The notes under the pieces: model-generated
What the model saw: the letters and a program-made list of their open reading frames with translations, nothing else
Told to the model about the DNA's origin: nothing
The model's database searches: none
Shown: piece by piece, positions 12,401 through 24,845 of the stretch
How the letters are laid out: every line of letters starts with the position of its first letter
How positions within the stretch are numbered: the first letter of the stretch is position 1
Program-made: the position numbers and the translations under genes
DNA from: Ylistrum balloti
Lineage: Eukaryota
NCBI RefSeq assembly: GCF_031769215.1
Contig: NW_026782264.1
Span: 434,001-498,000, forward strand
Direction: 5' to 3'
Length of the DNA stretch: 64,000 nucleotides

Positions 12401-13729
12401 ACTTCCATTTATTGAACCAACGTTCAGTGTTCATGGCAAGGACTTCTTTCTTAACAACGAATGTTTACCGTTTGGATTTGGATTCAATTCTTTAAAATCG
12501 ACACAACTTTAATTCTACTCCCGGAGTAAATAGTAAATCCAGGCTGTCATTCTGATTAGATTGCATTAAGAATGATAGTAAAAACCTTTGACAAAGGTGT
12601 GGTTGAACAAATTAGACAACTGGAGTACGACGCAAAATGTTTTAAAGTGTATCACACAGAGGTGTTTTGATTAAATGTCATTGATATCAAGGGTTCTAGT
12701 GTGTCAGAAATAGTTCTGTACTCGAGGCTTCAACCCGTCTCGTGCATTGTTTTTGAAGTACGGATACCTAGTACAGACCTAATGATTACTTTTACGTATC
12801 AGTCTATCCATGACAACCAAGCGAATTGGATTCGAATGAAAAATTGTATCCCTCCCTTGCTGTTTTTACTAGACTCAAAAAGAAACAGTAACGGCATTTT
12901 TCAATTTTGAAAATTCAGTCAATTGCTTGAGGAACTCACAAGAGACGTTTCATTTGAATGATTAGAAGGAAACATTGTACTGTTTTCCCGGTGAATTTTA
13001 GGAAAACAGCATATATCTTAGAAAGCCCTGATTTGATTTCCATGAAATGAAAGAAAAAAATTCTTAAATTGGATGAAATCATTTTTTGTCTCTGAGTCAT
13101 ATATCTGTTTCAGAAGCATGTTGGTTTGAATCGTTCAGTGTACTATTGATGTGTCAATATATATTATAATGACATATTACTATATCATTCCTTTACAGCG
13201 TTGAATCGATCCGGTTTGAAGTTTAAGAAAATACTTTCATGAAGATAAACGAGTAGAGCTGATAATGCCTAATTAGTTACGTTGATACCTGACAAATTGT
13301 AATTGAACCAGACATTAGTTAAATGCATAAACATCGTGTTGTGTAATGAAGGAAAATAATGTTTTTGCTTCGTTCTAAGAAATCAATGCAGCTGTATGTT
13401 GAAAGGTCCATTCACTTTTGATAATTATGAAATGTTTAGATTCGTCAGGTTACTCAATGTGGGAGTATCATTACGAACTTCAGACAGTTTCGTATCTGTA
13501 AATCATTGTAGTGCAATTAAGAAGTTCTTTTACATGTTATCGAGTGTCGTGACGTCGTCACACTGCATCAAACGGCCTATATGATCTATACTGTGACTAA
13601 GGCCTGGGTCTGGAATAGCTGTACGAGAAGTGTTGACTTATTGATTTGAGAATCAGCTGTTTTCAACACGAAATAAAACAAATCAGAAAAAAGGACGTCA
13701 GTGCAATGCATTAGATCTGATATATATAT

Positions 13730-14120
13730 ATATGACAGATATTGTCTCGTGTCTTAGTTCTGATATATGATATAACAGATACTATCTTGTATCTTAGTTT
13801 TGATATGTAATATAACAGCTACTATCTCGTATCTTAGTTCTGATACATGATATAACAGCTACTATCTCGTGTCTTAGTTCTGATACATGATATAACAGAA
13901 ATTGTCTCGTATCTTAGTTCTGATATATGATATAACATATACTATCTTGTATATTAGGTCTGATATATATAATAAAAGATACTTTCTCGTATCTTAGTTC
14001 TGATGCATGATATAACAGACATTGTCTCGTATCTTAGTTCTGATATATGATATAACATTAGCTATCTCGTATCTTAGTTCTGATATGTGATATGACAGAT
14101 GCTATCTTGTATCATAGTTC
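13730..14120. repeat. 40-bp minisatellite, ~9.5 diverged copies
   Basis: Unit TATGATATAACAGATACTATCTCGTATCTTAGTTCTGATA; 40-bp period seen at 13751 and 13791. Confidence 0.95.
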
Positions 14121-14554
14121 TATAATACTATATACAATTAGGCAGAAATCATGTGATGAGATGGTAAAGATATTTTACTCTGTAACATATTCTTTTAACC
14201 TAATGTGTGTAAAACTACATTATATTAGTCCTGACTTTTCCATTTGACAAATACTAGTCACACAGAGGGATGCTCTCGTGTTCTACTCAGATGTGATAAA
14301 TTAAAACAGAATGTTCTCCATTACAGAGTTGACGCGTCGTATAAAGCGTTATTGACAGCCCAAAGAACAGATCGTGATTGGTTTTGACTTCACTGTCAAT
14401 TTTGATCAGAACAATTTGTCAGATCTGCGAGGTACTTAATTCAAGCCTGGCTAATGAAGTTGAAATCTTTGCGATTGAGACTACTGACGCCAGACACAGG
14501 TAACATATTAAGTAAACATGGTTTGATGCCATAATCTTCTGCATCTGCTGCTGT

Positions 14555-14692
14555 TGATGGTGATAAATGTGGTAGTGGTGGTGATGGTGATGGTGATGAT
14601 GAAGGTATGGTGTTGGTGGTAGTGGTGGTGGTTTTGATGGTGATGATGAAGGTGGTGGTGACGGTGGTGTTGGTTATAGTAGTGATTATGGT
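14555..14692. repeat. Imperfect (GGT/GAT)n trinucleotide microsatellite
   Basis: Runs of GGTGATGGTGAT and GGTGGTGGT are directly visible. Confidence 0.9.
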
Positions 14693-14867
14693 ATATATAT
14701 ATGTATATTTAAAGAAAATTATTTAAAAAAAAACACACAAGAAAAAGTTAAGTTAGCATTTTGCATAACTTTTTCACAGCTTAGCTACTCCTCAGTGCAA
14801 TCTAACTATGCAAAGAATATATGACGTCATGTGTATTGTCCACTTATTCGTGACGTCATAGATGATT

Positions 14868-14908
14868 TATATATATGATATATATATATATATATATATA
14901 CATATATA
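14868..14908. repeat. (TA)n microsatellite
   Basis: Direct TA run. Confidence 0.95.
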
Positions 14909-17900
14909 GCTTAGTCAAAATCTTTCAAAAGTAAACAAATACAAAATTGTAACGGGATGTTTGTAACCGGGGACGATCTGGGAAACTCCGGATCTGGAAT
15001 TTGCCGTTTAACTTTCCACACGGCTGCCAACGAAAGAAAAACACATATCAAAGGTGTAGCGTTGTTATACTGAGAAATGTCGACTGTACATTACTTTGTG
15101 TATAACTGTCAACATTGATTTTTCAAATCTTTCGTCAATTTAGAATTACATGCAAACCTCCAATTAATCAAGGAGATTTATCGACTGATAATTGTTATAT
15201 CAGAGAAAACAGATAACTTTAGAAAGATTGTTTTTCTGTGTCGCAAGATTTTTGTGTTGATGAACTTTTAACAACACTGATAACACAACCAAAAAAAAAA
15301 ACCAAAAAAAAAAAAAAAAAAAAAAACACATCAAAAAGAATCCATCACAAAACCACAGGTGACATCTGGGTTTTCCAAATCTAAATGAGGCGTGGAATTA
15401 TTAGCAAAATCTTCCAGTTAAATAGTTAACTGTGGATTATTTACACAAATACAATTTGGTCTATACATTCGAACCAACAGACAGATACCAAGTATTTTCT
15501 TTTTTCATCACTTTTTATCAAATCAAGACATTTTGTTCCATTTACCTGAAAGAGTCAATCCACAAGGATACATATGTACACTATACAATGTTTATGCAAC
15601 ATATATTGAGGACAGTGGATGCACCTGCCTCGTAATTAAAAATGGTTTTATAAAAGAACAATGCATGTTTGCAATCTTTCTTGTTAGATCATGGAAAATA
15701 TAAAACGAGCTTCTAATTTTATGAAGGACTTGCCTGTATTTGTAACAGAATACTATTTCAAACATCCACACTTCAAAGTCAAATATTTAATTAAAATACC
15801 CCGCTACTTCGGAGTGTGTCGCCTTTCAAATCACACAGAAAAAATGTCGGGAAAATAAAGATATCATAACGGTTTCTGTAATCATTATTCTGAGAGCAAG
15901 TGTGTGAGAATACAAACGGATATGTTGTTAAACTATTAACACATATAGACAATGTGTCAACAATGTTGTAATGACAGTTGACCAGGATTTCGTCCTGTTT
16001 TTGTTTCCAAACTGTTTCAGTAATGCAGATACATTCATTATCTAGCCCTAATGTCTCTGATTCCAAATTTGTGTCGAAAGGTGCTGCTCAGAGATGTTTT
16101 GTACAATCCTCTTAATCTACCAATACGTTGTGTAACTTCGTTTAATCGGAACTCGAAACTAACACGGATACTTTACATATGTCATTTTAATGTTTACACC
16201 ATTTCCTAATTATCAAAGTCGTGATATTATAAAAACATTTAGGTTTATTTCCATTAACATGCTTGTAAAGAGACCATATCAGTTGTTTTTTGTACCAGCT
16301 ATTTCATAAGTTAATTTGTCACACGATTACGATATTGCAAGGTGCAAAGAGCCAGTCGGACCGTTATAACATAAACGTGTGAATATCAGTAAAACAGGTC
16401 AGTGGCAGTAACTCGAGAGCTACACAGGCAGTACCTAATACAGAGAATACCAAATATTTCTCTGTGATCACACTGCTACTAAGTCATTCCCAGCACAAAA
16501 CGTATCGAACAGAGCACATGGTTGTCTCCTGGGTAACTGTAGGACGCAGTGTACAAGAGTTCTGTCAACCAGCTATAGTCAAATTGTTATAGAGAGAATA
16601 CTTAGGACAAGAGGGATCAGAGTAATTCAATAACAGACAGGATTATGTCGGGGAAGTATTTCATCTTTATTATTTCTTGACAAGGTAAGTAGTGCTTACA
16701 AATATAGGATGCAAATCAAGTCTACTTTTCATACACATGTATATATTTTGTATATACCGCCAATGTTTCTGTTGTACCAGAAGACGTGTGTGATTGTTTT
16801 TCTAGGATATTTCTGTCGATATGCATCAGATTTCAAACCTATTTTACGATGATTACACATTGTTCTCTGGGAAAGCGGTACTAAGATGGACAAATGAATT
16901 GAAAACTTGTTTGTTTAGTAAGTCGCATTGAAGATATTTTAAAACTATATGGTACTTGGATTATTTTGTTTAACTTATTCATGACAAATGTTGCTTTTAT
17001 TCTTTCAACTTAGGTTTTTTGTTCACATTTTTATCAACAATGTGTAAGAATTCTGAAAAGAGGCTTTGATAGCAAACATTGAGTGAATAAGATAGAAATC
17101 TTTCATTTCAAATTCAACAAATCAGATATTTCAAAACAAGTTGTATTCAAATTGAAAGAAGGAATTATTAATATACTATAAGAGTTTCCTTTTTAGAATA
17201 CATCACGTACAGAAACACAATATTGAACAAATAGTCTGGTATTCTCTTAGACAAACATTGTAAAACATTGCAGTGGAAATTCGCTTGTATATTAGATCCA
17301 AACTTTCCACATCAGTGGTAGTCCTAACTCCTTTTATATATCGATGTTAGCGTTTGTTTTGTTCTATACAGGAACATTTTTCTGGACAAAGTGTTTCACG
17401 ACAATTGAGGGGATTTGTTGTTTCCTGAAGTGTGCTGGTTTGGCATTGTTATTCAACATTCATACATAAACGACGTGATTGATACGAGGTTTATTGTGAT
17501 AGCTAGTAGCCGACAACACCATAACACTACCGATTGCCAGATTCATTCGCATTGCATGTCCTGGGAACTTGTGTTATTTCTAGAACGCCCGGGGTTTATT
17601 TTACATTTGAATACACATCACTCATTCAGGAATGTTTAACACTCCATAATAAATAAATGAATGCATGCCAATCGCTTAAAGTTAATAATTAATTTGATGT
17701 TAATATCATTTACAGAACCTACAAAAATAATTGGTAAATGATCAGAATAAATAACAGACGGATTCTGTCATGTGCGTTTAGGCTAACATCTTAAAATCAT
17801 TTAATTAACTGTCATTTGGTGTTTATACGACTCATTAGACTGAATTTGTGTACATGTCAGTTTTTTTTTTTTTTTTTTTGTTATTTTTTTTTGGTGGGGG

Positions 17901-20299
17901 AGGGTGTGTGTTTGGGTGTGTGTGGGTGGTAGGTCGGAAGCGTGAGTTTGTTTGTTTTTTCTTTTTTTTGTGTGTGTGTATTTTTTTTTGAATTAAGAAT
18001 TTGCTAGCGTTAAAGTTAGGTTTTTAGCAACAAACTAAAAGATGGTAAATGAGTGATCTTTGTATAACCGATTTATAACAAAGATGTTTTAGCCAATTAA
18101 TGTTGATGATTTCAACAAAGTTTAAAATCAGCTTTCTAATTATAGATATGATACATATAGACGATAGACAGAAACATTTTTGCAATATCGGCATTCTGTC
18201 AAAAGGTAATATTCAGACAGGCCATTTTCTGTGTCTAGTAATGCACTTAGTTTCAGTGAACGTAGTTGATGTTAACGGATTCGAACTCACTTATTTAATG
18301 CGTTTCCAGTTTGACCAACATAATGTTATTTACAAACTCGTAAGGATACGTTAAATTCCTCTGAAGTCCCGGGGGTGAAGACCGTGTGCATGGGTGTCAT
18401 TGTGACCCAGGTAAATGATTCTGGATAAAGACTATATAATCCAAATGAGGTGATATTATATATTTACTTCCAAATTGACCATAACGATTTATATATATCC
18501 TATTTTTTGTCTGGTTTTAGATAAGTAGACATTCGGTCTGTTCAATTTTAGCGAAGATAATGTATACTCACAAAGAAAGGCATACACATTTTACTGTTTT
18601 TGCGAACTTTCCCTAAAACGCAATAGACGGGAACATGTTTATCAGACTCTGACCAAAGTACACATGACAAGCAGAGTAACCATCACATGAGTCGTTCCCT
18701 GTTTAAATCCCTGTCAGGGGACATAAGATGGAGACGTTTCGTCCACCCCTTTCAATTTTGCATTACTTAACCTCGCGTACGAAAATGAGGAATGATGAAA
18801 TAAAGGCCATAAACTCGACCCTAGACTATTATATACGATGTAAAACGCCCTCTGGGGAGGTCTCGGTCGGCGGAAGAAGTTCAAAGGCTGTCAACTATAG
18901 GCAGTAAATATGTACTGTACATTACGTACATATATTGCATGGAACATAAATTGCTATATAGAATTATTGGTATAGAAACAGAAGGAAACGATACGGCTGA
19001 ATGTCTTTCCAGCAACGAGGCCATATTTGTGAGAATAACAAGTCAGGCAACATTCTCGATGTCGTACATTTTAACTCTGTTTTGTATTCATGTTGTTTTT
19101 TTTTGGTTTCAATTATACATCAACAATTGCAGCTTCAAAGATCATCTAAAATACACATCAGTGAATAAAAGATTTCAATACAAATTTTGAACAATATTAA
19201 GGATACCCATATCTTAGATTAAACTACAGCTGTATTGTCTTTCTGGAACTCTTAAGTGATACTAAGAGCATAAATTTGGAAACAATTATGCAGATGAGGA
19301 ATATAGAATGTCGAAATATAGAATGGACAATGTATAAGAACGATGATTCAAGAAATTTCCTGATTTTCGAAAGTAACGTATTGAAGGGAATGCATGGTCC
19401 CTAACTGCCACCAACTTACAACAGTACCTCGCCGACGAAAATTATATGATATAAAACTACTCCGAAACAAATGGAAAGGCAACATTTACAGGTAAACGAA
19501 TCCTTGACGTTTGTATTTAGCAAATCAACTGATATATGGTGTAAATTAACCGTATGATAACTAATGACTATGGCGACAGTTGTTGAGCGTTCTGTATAAT
19601 TATATCTGTGTGATATATAACATCATTTCTCGTATCATAACCATGTTAGTGTTACCGTCGTCATTGTCTGATTTTATGTATAACTGATTTAATCTGTTTC
19701 TACCTTATACCATATTGTAACAATGCTGACAATTCTAATATTACAAATAGTTTTCCTAACCTCCATTTTTTTAGTGTATCAAATATGTCTATCTGTTTCA
19801 TTAATTGCTTGTCAGCATTTCTACAGCAATATTAACTTGGTCATTTTGGCTACAGACGCCATGTTTGTTGTTTGACCATTGTAAACGTCTCTCAGTAGTG
19901 TCAATCTTCCTTGTTTGTATAGTGTCGCCGACAAATAGTTACATACTTAATGAGTTGTGATATATATCCTGATGGTAACAAGCTATATCGCAATGGGAGA
20001 AATATATTAGCACCCACTCATCATCAAGTTCTAAAGGCGACAAGGTGATGCGGACTCTATTTAACAAAATAATGCGATTCATTGTTAGAGTGTTGTGCCT
20101 CTGGTTAAATCAATAGGCATACAACAGTCTACCAAAGTGGTGACGGACGTCTCACTAGGGAGTGTTAACGTCCTTGAAATGTTGATAAGGTCAAAATATG
20201 ATGTGTGTACAACGGGTTAATTGAGGGACAAATTCAGGGAGGACGTCATGGCAAATTAGAGGGAGACTACTCCGATGAATGCACAAAACCAACAAGACC

Positions 20300-20645
20300 A
20301 AATCAACATGTCTCCATTATGATACTCCGCACTAAAATTCCATATAACTATGGCAAAATATGAACGACAGAAAGACTTACTCAGAGACTCCAGAAAAAGT
20401 ACAAGGAAAATAAGACCAGATGTTCCGGAAGAGTAAGAGGCTTCTGTTTCATTGACGGCACCCGCCATGAAAATCTTGGTCAATCCTAGTAGGTAATGTC
20501 ACGTTCTCAAATGAGAACAAGGTTTACAACAACGAAACCAACAAGCTAACTAACAAGCATCAAACACGTCCAGCTTCTTATCGCACAAATAGAATAGTTC
20601 TCAATGAGGCCGTAAAACTTCCCCATAAAATGTCCTGAGGATTCC
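20300..20645 (-). mobile_element. Naiad-type PLE 3' relic
   Basis: Minus strand reads KFYGL (AAGTTTTACGGC), then AAGCTGGACGTGTTTGATGC, GTTCTCATTTGAGAACGTGACATTAC and CTTACTCTTCCGGAACATCTGGTC. This is the same 3'UTR as at 3200-3490 and 24540-24845. Confidence 0.75.
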
Positions 20646-21302
20646 ATGTGTATTCCATAGAACATGTGCGATAACGGCCGCAAAATAGTCGTTTTATGTT
20701 TATAATGAAATCCATTATCATTCTAGTTTTATTTGATTTTGGTGGCCATTTTGAAAATCAACCATTGGTTTTATTTTAGGCCCTCTTGCTATTGTGTATC
20801 TGTGTAACAAATGTAAGACGTTGTAAGACGAGTTTAAATATACGTTCGAAATGACCATGGGTAGCTTTGCCTGTTGAAAAACGAAATTGTCTCGTTGATG
20901 AAGCGGAACAGTTCAACCTTCCACACACTTCGATCTTTTTCCTTGTACTTCTTCACGAGTCTCATTATATCTCTTTCTTTCGTTCATATTTTCCTCGTTT
21001 GAATGTTGACAAATAATTTTGTCATGTGAGTTGTGCTCTGTTATTTTCGTTGGTTTTGACGTTTAAGTACAATTATGAAACAGCAGAACATGATGGATGT
21101 TTTACTAAAGATTGTACAGACTATACACACATAAACAGTACTTTTTAATACATTTAGGATGGATTCAATAGAGCCAAATTGTGAATAAAAGTGAATCACG
21201 TTTTACAGCATGTGATTCCAAGACCTTATATGGTTTGAAAGACATTTGAGTTTGGTTTCAAGATAGCAGCGCGGTATCCTAGGCATCGAATTGTTAGCCA
21301 AA

Positions 21303-21345
21303 GCATCACTGATGAGTCCTATAAGAACGGAACAGTTACATAATG
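21303..21345 (+). ncRNA. Degenerate minimal hammerhead motif
   Basis: GCATCA-CTGATGA-GTCC-TATAA-GAAC-GGAA-CAGTTA-CA-TAATG. The GAAA is mutated to GGAA and the cleavage triplet is lost. Confidence 0.7.
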
Positions 21346-21462
21346 TGTTTTTCACTCATGTGTCGTTAGTTATTATTTTTTTATCGGAAAGTTATTTTAT
21401 ATTATATATAACATAGAATATCTCACCCCAGTGGCCATCTAGGTTTCGAACTTTGACCCTAA

Positions 21463-21545
21463 GCGTCCCTGAGGAATCCTAGAAGGACGAAACAGTTGTA
21501 TGATGCAGTAAATTAATTGTTTGACTCCAATGTATCTAACTCTAA
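21463..21545 (+). ncRNA. Minimal type I hammerhead motif with intact core and imperfect stems, plus the element 3' terminus
   Basis: GCGTCC-CTGAGGA-ATCC-TAGAA-GGAC-GAAA-CAGTTG-TA-TGATGC (21463-21506), followed by ...TATCTAACTCTA. Confidence 0.8.
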
Positions 21546-23954
21546 CCTAGTATAAAAAGGTACTATTCACTTTTGTGTCCTTTACACATTTTTTTTAAAT
21601 AAGAAGGCTATATTTGTAACGAGCTGAATCCAAATGACTGTGTGGAAGGTTATATGTTAAAACATTTGACATTTGTATGAATAGTAGAGCTAGTTCACCG
21701 ACTCTTGACAGCTAGTAAACCCGTTTTGTCAATAATAGACTGTATTGCATAACTTCATTACTATAACATGGCGTCAGAAGTTTAATGGTATTCCTACTTT
21801 ATTAACTCTGCTTCAAATTCAGTCAGTCTAATGAAATGAACGATGTTGCATATTCATCATTTGTTTCTGTATTGATTTTAATCACAAATGTCTTACACAT
21901 CCATGTGCATGTCATGCCGCATTAGACAAGTCCATGTCGTCGAACGATGTACATGTATCAGCTTTGTGGTACTCACTTAACTACGTAACTTTGTCAGAGA
22001 GATGAAACATTATTAGATTTTGTAAAGTACATTTCTGATGATATACAATATTCAGCAATTGATAAAAACCATAAGGCATTCATAACTTATGGCATATCTC
22101 ATGTAATCATTCCAAAATAGAAACAAACATTTACAAATCCGATCTTGAAAACATTTATTCTATTAAACGAGATGCATCACAAGATCGTTTTATTTTTGAC
22201 TGATTTATTGTATTAGCTTCATAATTGAAATATTTTTTTCATAAAATGTGCTTGATAACGAAATGGTAAAGTTTTGGTGTATCATTAAGATGATTGAACG
22301 TCTTACCGCCAATCTAAGCATCGATATTGTGAATAAGAAATTCTATCATTCTCAATATTCCATCCTCAGAATATTTCACCTCGTTTTTTCACCTGTATAT
22401 GTCTCTACCATACCTATATTTCCCTTGTCCTTGTATCTGTACTGATACAATGTGTTGATAACACTGTATATTATAGAGTTAGACGTCCTGTTGAACACCA
22501 GCTGAGATACTCATTACAGCAGGAAATTATAAAATCATTTGATACAAAGGAGTTAGATGCATATTTCTGACCGTTTAAAAGAGTTATTGGATTGAATCCT
22601 TTCAAACATTATTATGTACATAATGTCATAAAGATTATAATGAAGGCACTTAAGCGAATGTTGATAACATGTTAAGACGCTGCCTTGTCCTAAATCAATA
22701 TCGTCAAGAAGTCAGAATTCCGTTAAATCCTAGTAGGTAAATATAGTGGGCGCGGTTGATGATCGTTATAAGGATCTAATGTGTAAAATTATACTTCCTT
22801 ATCATAGTGACTGACTGACTTAAGGACATGGTATTTCTTTCATTTGACGTTTATTTGTATAGCAGAGATTAACATCACACAGAACAATTATCTTTCACGA
22901 GTGTGTTTTTTGTACATTCTTTGACTTATTGTGTTCATAGTTCTCGCCAGTTTCACAATTTTTTAGTTGGAATTATAATATTTTAAGCATTGCTTTAATG
23001 TCCAGTTCTTGCTGGTGAGAGGTAATACATGGTATATATGGTTGCATTTAGATGACGCTAACTTTCAGTAGGTGATCTAATCAGTAATGAAATCTTTATT
23101 GTGTCCTTCAGCAAACAAATTCTTCGTTTTAACTGTCTTTATTATGATAAATTTCATTACGTTGTATTCCGTCATGACATCCCAATCTTAAAACATTGGT
23201 CGACATACGCAAGCCAATTAAATATGACATAGATACTCTCAACGTGGATATGAAGACAGACATCGTTGATACCAATATGAAGAATATTTTACGACAAACT
23301 CTTTGTTGTCGGTCGCTACATCTGGTTTGCATATACATTTGCTGATATGTTTGTGCGTTATGAAATTGGACATTTTTGATGCTACACCTGGTGATCGCGT
23401 TGTTGTTAATTGGTCGTGTAAGAATTCAACATATCTATCTTGGATTGATCTAATTGGGTGTCGTTGGAGAAGCAGAAGATACTTCCTTTCCTTTTTTTCA
23501 CATTTGTTTCCTCATTTCATATTTGGATTGTTTACTTGTCATCTTTTTCCTTTTTGTTTTTACTGTAAGTTAGCCTTAAGTGTACAAAGAATAGACAGTT
23601 GAGTGGTGTGACAAAACAGCTTTCTGTTAGTGTAGACAACACTGATCAATATACTTTTATCATTTTGGACACGGTGTTTTACCAACTACAAGGACCTTCA
23701 GAGCACAAGTCTTGAACTGTAGAAAACGAGAGATTGATTGGTAATATATCTGTACAGCTCCAGTCTATTGTATTTACTGAGCTATGTATTGTTACCTGTG
23801 GGTGTAGTTTACAACGTCTTTCATTGGACGTCAGTGAAAATGCTTAAGCTTCATTTCTACCATATACTTGACACCATGTACATATGAGAACGAGAGACCT
23901 GTGAAGCAGAAAGTTTCAATATTTTGATTTAAATATAGAGAATGTTTTAAATAC

Positions 23955-24845
23955 GTGAAGATATGTTTTATGTATTTAAGTTTTTGGTTGACAACAACTC
24001 CATCAAATTTGGTGGTACGATCTTCAAACCGACTATTGGCATATCGATGGGAACCAACTCCGCCCTCTATTGACTGACTTGTTTTTTTGTTTTCATACGA
24101 GGCTGCATTTACCGCAGAGGTTGCACCTTGCAAATTCACATTTCAGATAAATTGATGACGTCTTGTCTTTAAATAACAATGAATTTATTGACCACATCCA
24201 TCGTATATACCAACTAGAATTGGGAATCAAATCAACGACAGTCGTATGCATATCAGGCACTTGTCTCGATCTTTTCCTGTAACAAAACCAACCTGGGCAG
24301 CTTACCACCCAGTTGTATAATAACCGTGATTATTCCAATTTTCCCGATGTTAATTTTCCATTGCTGGATAGCAACTTCCTTCATCCACAGCCTTTTGATG
24401 TTTACATGTCGCATTTATTTCGATATTCAAGGACCTGTTCCCATTATCACGATATTTGCGCAAAAAGTACAAACTCGTAACGCAAGGTTTCAAAAATGCA
24501 GGGATATAAAAATGTTTTTGTCTTAATGATGTCATTAAAGATAAATATTCTATTTGTGCAATATCAGACTGGACGTATGTGATGCCTGTTAGGTTCCGTA
24601 GTTGTATATCTTGTTTTCATTTGAGGACATGACATTACTTACTTGGACTGACGAATGTTTACATGGAGGGTAACGTCGACACAGCAGAAGTTTGAGACTT
24701 ACTCTTCCGGAACACCTGGTCTTATTCCCCTTGTACTTCTTTCAGGATTCTCCATGTAAATCTGTCTTTCCTTCAATTTTGCCCTGGTTTTATTGGGTTT
24801 GAGTTTGAATTATGATTATTTGGACGTGTTGGTATTTTCTTGTTA
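23955..24845 (+). pseudogene. Naiad-type Penelope-like reverse transcriptase pseudogene fragment plus 3'UTR
   Basis: Frames give FLVDNNSIKFGGTIFKPTIGISMGTNS, then FR*IDDVLSLNN (the Y of YIDD is mutated to TAA at 24148-24150), then RIYQLELGIK...CLDL and QLYNNRDYSNFPDVNFPLLDSN...FRYSRTC. The RT is followed directly by the 3'UTR with no C-terminal GIY-YIG, consistent with the Naiad domain order. Confidence 0.88.

Noticed and set aside
24630-24670. Possible SECIS in the Naiad 3'UTR (ATGAC...TGAC)
   Set aside because: There is no apical AA loop or helix II of the right length. In-frame stops in the relic are explained by decay.
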